Positions 9,181 through 15,065 of a stretch of 16,198 bases of DNA are shown here, in pieces. A program made the position numbers and the translations under genes. The notes under the pieces are model-generated. The model was not told the DNA's origin. It saw only the letters and a program-made list of their open reading frames with translations, and did not search any database. How positions within the stretch are numbered: position 1 is the stretch's first letter; every line of letters starts with the position of its first letter. This DNA is from Armatimonadota bacterium (GTDB lineage: Bacteria > Sysuimicrobiota > Sysuimicrobiia > Sysuimicrobiales > Humicultoraceae): NCBI GenBank assembly GCA_037443365.1, contig JBBIOM010000039.1:1-16198 (forward strand), in the 5' to 3' direction.

Positions 9181-10011
9181 CTATCCTTTCATGCCGGCCA
9201 GCGTCACCCCGCGGATGATGCTGCGGCGTAGGATAAGGAACGCGATCAGCACGGGGACCACCGTGAGGACCGACCCCGCCGTGATCCGACCGTAGTCGAC
9301 GGTGAAGGCCCGCTGAAACATCGCCAGCCCCAGTTCCATGGTGAACAGGGTCCGATCGCTGGTCACGATCATCGGCCAGATGAAGAAGGCCCAGGCGTTG
9401 GTGACGGCCAGGATGGCCAGCGCTCCCAGCGCCGGTTTGGAGAGCGGCAGTACCACTCGTCGAAAGATGTAGAACTCCGTCGCGCCGTCGATGCGCGCGG
9501 CATCGAGCAGTTCGTCGGGGATCGTCATGATGCTCTGGCGCATGAAGAAGATGCCGAAGCTCATGATCAGCAGGGGCGCGGCGATGCCCTGGTACGTGTT
9601 GATCCACCCCAGCGCCTTGATCTGCAGGTAGAAAGGCACCATGTAGGACTCGAAGGGGATCATGGCAGTGACCAGCACGATGATGAACAGCAGATCCCGT
9701 CCGGGGAACCGGTACTTGGCAAAGATGAACCCGGCCAGCGACGATGTGAACAGGATCGCGAGGGCGGAGGCCGTCGAGACGACCGCGGTGTTCCAGACAT
9801 ACCGTAGCCACGGCGCCGCCTGCACCACATCGGCGTAGTGGGCAAGCGTTGGATGCGCAGGCCAGAGCCGCAACGAAGGGTTGAGGATCTCCGCCGAAGG
9901 CGTGAGCGACGTTGTGAGCATCCACACAAATGGGAGCAGCATGAGACCTGCGGCGGCCAGGAGGATGCCGTGGAGGGCCAGGCTCCGGAGCACCACGCGG
10001 GCAGTCGCCAC
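9181..10011 (-). CDS. Carbohydrate ABC transporter permease (MalG/UgpE type)
   Basis: FAKYRFPGR, EAA loop IPDELLDAARIDGA, WAFFIWP, terminal GVTLAGMKG. Start placed at GTG 10011 just after the upstream stop; the exact start is uncertain. Confidence 0.92.
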   Translation of the reverse strand: MATARVVLRSLALHGILLAAAGLMLLPFVWMLTTSLTPSAEILNPSLRLWPAHPTLAHYADVVQAAPWLRYVWNTAVVSTASALAILFTSSLAGFIFAKYRFPGRDLLFIIVLVTAMIPFESYMVPFYLQIKALGWINTYQGIAAPLLIMSFGIFFMRQSIMTIPDELLDAARIDGATEFYIFRRVVLPLSKPALGALAILAVTNAWAFFIWPMIVTSDRTLFTMELGLAMFQRAFTVDYGRITAGSVLTVVPVLIAFLILRRSIIRGVTLAGMKG

Positions 10012-10013
10012 GG

Positions 10014-10937
10014 CTAGCGGTCTTCCCGGAACAACCGCATGTGCATCAGCGTCAACACCAGCACCAGGCCCAGGAGAATTGCGGCTTCGGCAGAGGCGTA
10101 TCCCACCCTGTAGTAGCGAAATCCATTCTCCCACATGTCGTAGACGAGCGTGCGGACCAACCTCGCGGCCGCCCCCTGAATGTCGCTGGTCATCATGAAG
10201 ACCGGCGTGAATACATTGTAGGAGTTGATCGTCGAGATCACCACGACGAAGAGGATCATCGGCCGCAACAGGGGGAGGGTGATGTGCCGGAAGATTCTCG
10301 AACCGGAGGCGCCGTCCACCACTGCTGCTTCATAGTACTCCTGAGGGATATTGTTGAGGCCGACGAGGAACATGATGAGATTGTAACCCAGAGTCTTCCA
10401 GACCATCACAATGAGGATCGAGATGAGGGCCAGCCGCTCGTCCACGAGCCAGGCCTGGGGCGCAAGTCCGAGGACCACCATGGCCTGGTTGAGTGGCCCG
10501 TACCGGGTATCGTAGATCCATTTCCAGACGACCGTGACAGGGACCCATGGCGTCACGACCGGCAGGAAGTAGATGAGTTGGTAGATCGGCGCGCCGCGGA
10601 CCTGCGCGTTCACGGTCACGGCCAGCAGCAGCGCCAGGACCGTTCCGAGAATCACGCTTCCTGCGGCGAGAACACTGGTGTTGACGAGCGCCGTCTGAAA
10701 GTTCGCGTCTCGAATCAACTCCAGGTAGTTACCCCACCCGACGAAGATGCGGATCGGGCGGATCATGTCCCAGTTGTACAGGCTGGCCGCCAGCGTCGTA
10801 ACGATGGGGACGATGCGCAGGTAGGCAAAGAGGAGCAGCGTCGGAGCCAGGCCCAGGTAGCAGAACAGGTAGATCCCGAGCTGCCGCCGGCTGACGCCTC
10901 GATAGAGCCATTGCGCGTTCGCAGTCAGCTCTCGCAC
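10014..10937 (-). CDS. Carbohydrate ABC transporter permease (MalF/UgpA type)
   Basis: FVGWGNY, IYFLPVV, EAA loop IPQEYYEAAVVDGAS, FRHITLPLLRP, GYASA. Confidence 0.93.
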   Translation of the reverse strand: MRELTANAQWLYRGVSRRQLGIYLFCYLGLAPTLLLFAYLRIVPIVTTLAASLYNWDMIRPIRIFVGWGNYLELIRDANFQTALVNTSVLAAGSVILGTVLALLLAVTVNAQVRGAPIYQLIYFLPVVTPWVPVTVVWKWIYDTRYGPLNQAMVVLGLAPQAWLVDERLALISILIVMVWKTLGYNLIMFLVGLNNIPQEYYEAAVVDGASGSRIFRHITLPLLRPMILFVVVISTINSYNVFTPVFMMTSDIQGAAARLVRTLVYDMWENGFRYYRVGYASAEAAILLGLVLVLTLMHMRLFREDR

Positions 10938-10973
10938 GGTTTCACCGACGCCCGATGTCTTGCGTTGTAGCCT

Positions 10974-11042
10974 GATGTCCTGGGCGCCGGGGCCCGGCCC
11001 CTGCTGGGGCCGGGTCCCCTGATGGGGTCGCGCGCGGACATC
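10974..11042 (-). other. Intercistronic stem-loop between the sugar SBP and first permease (likely mRNA stabiliser or attenuator)
   Basis: 13-bp inverted repeat 10989-11001 / 11006-11018 with one imperfect pair and a 4-nt loop, enclosed by GATGTCC (10974-10980) and GGACATC (11036-11042). No U-tract. Confidence 0.65.
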
Positions 11043-11049
11043 CGCCCTG

Positions 11050-12360
11050 CTACTCGGCGAGCAACCCTTCTCTTCGCAGGATGTCGTTCGTCTCCCTCGC
11101 AGCCTCTTCGATGAACCTGGCGATGCCTGCCGGGTTGTCCACCAGCGACTTGTCTGCGAACGCCCGCTCCAGCCGCGCGGCGAGCTTGGTCAGAATCTCG
11201 TCGAACGGGCCGATCGGGAGGTACCAGTAGAACTCGAATCCCTCAGGGGCTTCGAAGAACGCCTTGAACTGCGGCGCCTTCCGGATCTGGGCGGTGTAGT
11301 CCACGTCCTGCCGTGCCGGCATCCAGCCCACCATCTCGAGGAGCAATTGCTGGTTCTCCGGGCGCATAATGAAACTGACGAAGTCCCACGCCACCTCCGG
11401 ATTCTTCGCCGACCGGGTCACGAAGAGGTTCACAGAGTTGATGATGGTCCCGGCCCGCCGATGGCGAGGCAGCGGAGCCGTCGTGTAGAGCAGGCCCGGA
11501 TTGTTGGCGCGGAGGAAGCCGATCACCCAGGATTCCCGGGTGAACATGGCTGACTGTTCGAGGGCGAAGGCCTCCGCATCCCGCTTCAGCGTGGGGTCGT
11601 CGCACTTGTACTTGTGAACGAGATCCACATACAGCTTCAGCGCGTCGCGTCCGGCCTGGTTATTGTAGCCGGCTCGATACTTCCCACCGGGGCGAGCTTC
11701 AATGATGGTCCCACCGGCCGGATAGAGCCAGAACCACCACTTCTCGCCCACGCCGCTGCCACCACCAAAGAGTCTGAGCCCGATACCCCCTTGCGCGATC
11801 CTGCCGGTCGCGTCCCGCTTGGTGAGCTTCTGGCAGTACTCGATGACCTCGTCCCACGTCTGGGGCGCACGCCTCAGCCCGGCTTCCTGAAACATCTTGA
11901 TGTTCCAGAACAACACCTGGCGGCCCTGGAAGAACGGCACCCCGTAGGTCTTGCGCTGGTAGGTGTTGATGATGCGCATGGCGTCCGGGAACGCCTTGCC
12001 CTGCAGGAAGGTTTCCTGCGCATGCGGGTTGGGCGGGATGAACCCCGCCTCGATGAACCGCTGCAGTGCGTAGGTTGAGATCTCGAGGATGTCGGCCGCG
12101 GTGTCGGCAGGGATAGTCGCGGCCAGTTTGCGCTCGAAGTCGCGCAACGGATGCGTGAGGATCGAGATCTCCACCGTTGGATTGGCGCGGCGGTAGTCCG
12201 CAGCCATCCTCTCATAGAAGGGGCCGATCTCCGGGAAGCCGCCCCAGAGGCTCAGCCGGACGGTAGGCGCACCATAGGCTGGTGCCACGGCGAGAAGGCC
12301 GGCGACCAGCAGGACGCACAACCCCAGGATGCCGGGGTGGCGAGGTTGTCGCGTGCGCAT
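11050..12360 (-). CDS. Carbohydrate ABC transporter solute-binding protein (SBP_bac_1/CUT1)
   Basis: 436 aa with signal peptide (..LLAVAPAYG-A); YGVPF, LFWNIKMFQEAGL..APQTWDE, KNPEVAWDFVSF. Directly upstream of two CUT1 permeases. Confidence 0.93.
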   Translation of the reverse strand: MRTRQPRHPGILGLCVLLVAGLLAVAPAYGAPTVRLSLWGGFPEIGPFYERMAADYRRANPTVEISILTHPLRDFERKLAATIPADTAADILEISTYALQRFIEAGFIPPNPHAQETFLQGKAFPDAMRIINTYQRKTYGVPFFQGRQVLFWNIKMFQEAGLRRAPQTWDEVIEYCQKLTKRDATGRIAQGGIGLRLFGGGSGVGEKWWFWLYPAGGTIIEARPGGKYRAGYNNQAGRDALKLYVDLVHKYKCDDPTLKRDAEAFALEQSAMFTRESWVIGFLRANNPGLLYTTAPLPRHRRAGTIINSVNLFVTRSAKNPEVAWDFVSFIMRPENQQLLLEMVGWMPARQDVDYTAQIRKAPQFKAFFEAPEGFEFYWYLPIGPFDEILTKLAARLERAFADKSLVDNPAGIARFIEEAARETNDILRREGLLAE

Positions 12361-12405
12361 CGCAATCCCCCCTGTTCTCCAAAGTGCCGGGAGGAAGGCG
12401 GTGGC

Positions 12406-12753
12406 CTATCCGGTGCCCGCCCCACTCTCCGGCCTGACGTAGGACACGACGTAGAGGTATTCCAGCGGATCCGCCGGGCTGTCGTTGGACACGCCGTGCT
12501 GCGTGCCGAGGGGAATGTAGACGGCGTGGCCGGGCCCGATCGCGCGGCGCTCCTGCCCAAGGGTCACCGCGCCGTGGCCCCGCAAGATGTAGTAGACTTG
12601 CTCTTCGTCCTTATGGACGTGCGTTGGGACCTCGGAGCCGGGACGGACGCTGACCAGGCTCATCGCCATGCAGGCGGTGTCAAAGACCCGCCGGTAGGCG
12701 GCATAGGTATAGTCCTCGGTGCCTAGCGTTGCGGTATCGATAACGCCTGCCAC
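12406..12753 (-). CDS. Cupin 2 domain protein
   Basis: Cupin motifs PTHVHKDEEQVYYILRGHG and PGHAVYIPLGTQHGVSN. Start reassigned to GTG 12753 behind RBS GGGAGGG; the ORF-track start at 12807 falls in the operator region. Confidence 0.88.
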   Translation of the reverse strand: MAGVIDTATLGTEDYTYAAYRRVFDTACMAMSLVSVRPGSEVPTHVHKDEEQVYYILRGHGAVTLGQERRAIGPGHAVYIPLGTQHGVSNDSPADPLEYLYVVSYVRPESGAGTG

Positions 12754-12806
12754 GCCGTTCCCTCCCGACCGCCCCAGGGCTGTCACTGCCTCCACAGGTC
12801 CGAGCA

Positions 12807-12820
12807 TGACAACGCTGGCA
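12807..12820. promoter_or_regulatory. Putative LacI-family operator O1 (copy 1)
   Basis: TGACAACGCTGGCA, a 14-bp pseudo-palindrome with central CG; 13/14 identical to copy 2 although the adjacent 10 bp match only 2/10. Confidence 0.7.
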
Positions 12821-12835
12821 GGACATTACTGTGGA

Positions 12836-12862
12836 ATTCGCTTCTGACATGGGAACTCCTGC
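12836..12862 (-). promoter_or_regulatory. Putative sigmaH-like promoter for the cupin-to-amidohydrolase operon
   Basis: Minus strand GCAGGA-gttcccatgtcagaagc (17 nt)-GAAT matches the B. subtilis sigmaH AGGA/GAAT consensus. O1 lies 15 nt downstream. Confidence 0.65.
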
Positions 12863-12905
12863 TGGTGGGGAAGCGCACCACCACCAGGGAATCCCTCCCT
12901 GGTAC

Positions 12906-12919
12906 GGTAGACGCTGTCA
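12906..12919. promoter_or_regulatory. Putative LacI-family operator O2 (copy 1)
   Basis: GGTAGACGCTGTCA (reverse complement TGACAGCGTCTACC), 99 bp from O1 and in inverted orientation. Confidence 0.6.
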
Positions 12920-12935
12920 GGAACCGGGGGGTAAG

Positions 12936-13018
12936 GTGCCACAAGGAACCCGGGACTCTCCACCAACCATCAGGGAAGAGTGCGTGCACGAACAGACCCG
13001 GCACCGGGCGATGCGTGC
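12936..13018 (+). pseudogene. lacI-family 5' remnant with HTH deleted in frame and 3' part absent
   Basis: VPQGTRDSPPTIREECVHEQTRHRAMRA aligns to LacI VPRETRNPPPTI[KQVAILARVSIKTVSRVIN]GEEYVHDDTRRRVTRA. RBS GGAGG is GGGGG here. Homology ends about 4 bp before the corrinoid gene stop. Confidence 0.85.
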
Positions 13019-13022
13019 ACTC

Positions 13023-13679
13023 CTACGGCGCCGCGGAGTCCAGGGCGAGGACCTTCCTGGCCATCCGCACCGCCACGGCGGCGCTCTCACCATACCCATC
13101 GGCGCCAACCTCGGCGGCGAACCGGGCCGTTACCGGCGCGCCACCAACCAGCACCCTGACATTGTCGCGAAGCCCTGCGTCGACGATCGCGCGGATCACC
13201 ACACCCATCTGGAGCATCGTTGTGGTAAGCAGGGCCGAGAGTCCGAGAACGTCCGCCTGGTGCTCTCGCACCGCCTGCACGAACTGCTCGGCCGGTACGT
13301 CGACCCCCAGGTCCACAATCTGGAACCCGGCGCCCTCTAACATCATGGCGATCAGGTTCTTTCCAATGTCGTGGAGGTCTCCCCTGACGGTTCCGATGAC
13401 CACGGTAGCCACCGGCCTCACCTCGCGTTGGGTGAGCAGCGGCTTGAGCAGGGCCAGGCCCGCCTGCATCGCCCGTGCTGACACCAGCATCTCTGGCACG
13501 AAGTATTCCTGGCGTTCGAACCGTGCGCCAACCTCGGCCATGGCCGGCACCATCCAGCGGCTCACGATTTCCTCCGGGGGCGTCCCCTGATCGATAGCTC
13601 TCTGGACGAGTCCCTTCGTACGGGCGAGATCGCCATCTATGATGGCGACGGAAAGAGCCTCTAGGCCCAATGGGGGCAT
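13023..13679 (-). CDS. Cobalamin-binding corrinoid protein of a methyltransferase system (MtaC/MtbC/MttC-like)
   Basis: Cap domain (MVPAMAEVGARFERQEYFVPEML) plus B12 motif GDLHDIGKN...GLSALLTTT...VLVGGAPV (DxHxxG-SxL-GG). RBS GGAGG. Confidence 0.95.
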   Translation of the reverse strand: MPPLGLEALSVAIIDGDLARTKGLVQRAIDQGTPPEEIVSRWMVPAMAEVGARFERQEYFVPEMLVSARAMQAGLALLKPLLTQREVRPVATVVIGTVRGDLHDIGKNLIAMMLEGAGFQIVDLGVDVPAEQFVQAVREHQADVLGLSALLTTTMLQMGVVIRAIVDAGLRDNVRVLVGGAPVTARFAAEVGADGYGESAAVAVRMARKVLALDSAAP

Positions 13680-13749
13680 GCCGCGATTCCTCCCCGCACT
13701 GCGATTTCGCGGTGATGCTTCGACAGCCGTGCGCCATCATCCAAGGACA

Positions 13750-14868
13750 TCACATGGCTCCTACCGACTTTAGGGTCTCATCATAGACCGCCAATAGATT
13801 CGCCAGCGGCACATCAGGCTGCACGGCGTTAGACGGGGCCAGGATCAGGCCGCCGTCGTGTCCCAGCTCTCTTATGCGCGCTCTGACTTCAGCCCGCACA
13901 TCCTCGACGCTTCCAAATGGCAGGGTGCGCTGTGAGGAAAGCGTCGAACGGAACGTTATGTGGGTTCCATACTGGTGTTTGAGTGCGAAGACGTCCATGC
14001 ATTCCGGCTGCAGAGGATCGATGATATCGAAGCCAATATCAATGAGATCAGGAATCACCGTCTGCATGGCACCGTCGCTGTGGAAGTAGTAGTAGATACC
14101 AGGGCGACGCGTTGCGGTGATCACCCGTGCGAGACGTGGTTTGATCTCAGCACGCCACCATGCCGGCGAGATCAACATGCCCTGACCGCTTGCGATGTCG
14201 CCGGCCATCTGAATGATGTCGGCCCCGGCCTGGATCATTCGGCTCACGTCGGCGATCTTGTGGTCGGTGATGCGGTCGAGCAGCCGTGTGGTGAATGCAT
14301 GGTTGAGGCGCGTGTCCATCAGGAATTGTTCGAATCCGCGCAGCTCCCACGCATCACGGAAGATATTCCCGGTCTCCACCTGAACCATGTAGCGATCCTT
14401 GAACCGCTGCACCTGAGCGGAGATATGCGCGTATCGCTCAGGGAGATCAGGATTCGGGAACGTGAAGGCGTCCGGGCTCTCGGCTCCCCGGAGGGGATGA
14501 TGAGTGAATCTGAAGTAGGTATTCGTGCTATCTATGACTCGGCGAATGCCGCGATCATCTTCGAACTCGCCGGTTGGTAAGATCCGAACAAGGTCCCGCG
14601 ACCCGACGCCCACGTAGGCCTCAACTGGGCCGGGCACCGCCGTGGAAGCGAATTCGGCAGATGGCTCGATGACGGCCTGGCGGAAATCGAAGCCGAGCAT
14701 GTCCTTGATCTGGTCATCGTCGTGCATGCCAAGGTAGGCACGAAGACTCCTCCATACTTCCGGGCGGAAGGCTCCATCCAATGGAGGACGGTCGGGAGCA
14801 ACTTGGCTCAGCGTCATCCGTACCCGGTCACACGGTCTCATGGCCTGGCCCCCGGCCGCAATTCCCAT
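13750..14868 (-). CDS. Uroporphyrinogen decarboxylase (URO-D) superfamily protein; putative corrinoid-dependent methyltransferase
   Basis: PDRPP, AWELRGFEQFLMD, GADIIQMAGDIASGQGMLISP, YFHSDG, IGFDIIDPLQPECMD, LPFGSVEDV, GGLILAPSN; adjacent to a corrinoid protein. Start is 14868 or 14841. Confidence 0.85.
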   Translation of the reverse strand: MGIAAGGQAMRPCDRVRMTLSQVAPDRPPLDGAFRPEVWRSLRAYLGMHDDDQIKDMLGFDFRQAVIEPSAEFASTAVPGPVEAYVGVGSRDLVRILPTGEFEDDRGIRRVIDSTNTYFRFTHHPLRGAESPDAFTFPNPDLPERYAHISAQVQRFKDRYMVQVETGNIFRDAWELRGFEQFLMDTRLNHAFTTRLLDRITDHKIADVSRMIQAGADIIQMAGDIASGQGMLISPAWWRAEIKPRLARVITATRRPGIYYYFHSDGAMQTVIPDLIDIGFDIIDPLQPECMDVFALKHQYGTHITFRSTLSSQRTLPFGSVEDVRAEVRARIRELGHDGGLILAPSNAVQPDVPLANLLAVYDETLKSVGAM

Positions 14869-14936
14869 TTTCGGTTCCTAATGCCCCGGCAGCGCCGCCG
14901 ACCGACGCAGCATTACCCCGGCCGCAGGTCCGGACA

Positions 14937-14950
14937 TGACAACGCTAGCA
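14937..14950. promoter_or_regulatory. Putative LacI-family operator O1 (copy 2)
   Basis: TGACAACGCTAGCA; 15 nt downstream of the leftward promoter's -10-like GAAA. Confidence 0.7.
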
Positions 14951-14965
14951 TAGCGCCGCAGGTAT

Positions 14966-14992
14966 TTTCGCCTCTGACATGGGAACTCCTGC
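14966..14992 (-). promoter_or_regulatory. Putative sigmaH-like promoter for the methyltransferase-corrinoid pair
   Basis: Minus strand GCAGGA-gttcccatgtcagaggc (17 nt)-GAAA. Confidence 0.6.
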
Positions 14993-14995
14993 CGG

Positions 14996-15022
14996 CAGGG
15001 AAGCGCGCCGCCGCCGGGGAAT
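14996..15022 (+). promoter_or_regulatory. Putative sigmaH-like promoter for lacI, back to back with the leftward promoter
   Basis: CAGGGA-17 nt-GAAT with O2 13 nt downstream. An alternative reading is an extended -10 element TGGTACGGT at 15030-15038. Confidence 0.4.
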
Positions 15023-15035
15023 CCCTCCTTGGTAC

Positions 15036-15049
15036 GGTAAACGCTGTCA
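15036..15049. promoter_or_regulatory. Putative LacI-family operator O2 (copy 2; autoregulatory position)
   Basis: GGTAAACGCTGTCA (reverse complement TGACAGCGTTTACC), just upstream of the lacI RBS and 99 bp from O1. Confidence 0.68.
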
Positions 15050-15065
15050 GGAACCGGAGGATGCA

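Larger units (their letters stand above)
12791..13018 (+). repeat. Diverged direct repeat, copy 1 (divergent promoter/operator block plus lacI 5' remnant)
   Basis: Ungapped alignment to 14921 onwards at offset +2130: 140 of 180 identical over 12791-12970 by hand count. Similarity resumes after a 57-bp gap and fades near 13018. Confidence 0.95.

Noticed and set aside
816-10970. Long plus-strand ORFs (816-2300, 2864-3700, 5736-7190, 7102-8130, 8148-9218, 10041-10970)
   Set aside because: Antisense shadows of well-supported minus-strand genes in GC-rich DNA; R/G/P-rich with no recognisable family motifs.
10989-11018. Rho-independent terminator
   Set aside because: No U-tract on either side, and the downstream permeases need co-transcription; kept as a stabilising hairpin.
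12831-13340. 169-aa ORF as a functional gene, and the N-terminal extension of LacI from 14979
   Set aside because: The upstream codons run through promoter and operator DNA without an RBS, and the 3' part is antisense to the corrinoid gene. Only 12936-13018 is lacI-derived.
13750-14868. hemE or mtaA gene symbol
   Set aside because: No tetrapyrrole pathway context and no HxC...C zinc motif; only a family-level call is supportable.
14979-15056. Cobalamin riboswitch, suggested by GGGAA, GGGAAG and GTCAGGAACC near a B12-protein gene
   Set aside because: Core elements (GGTG..AATCC, CCCGCAACTGT, GCCACTG) are missing and the strand is wrong for the corrinoid genes. An Rfam cmscan would settle it.
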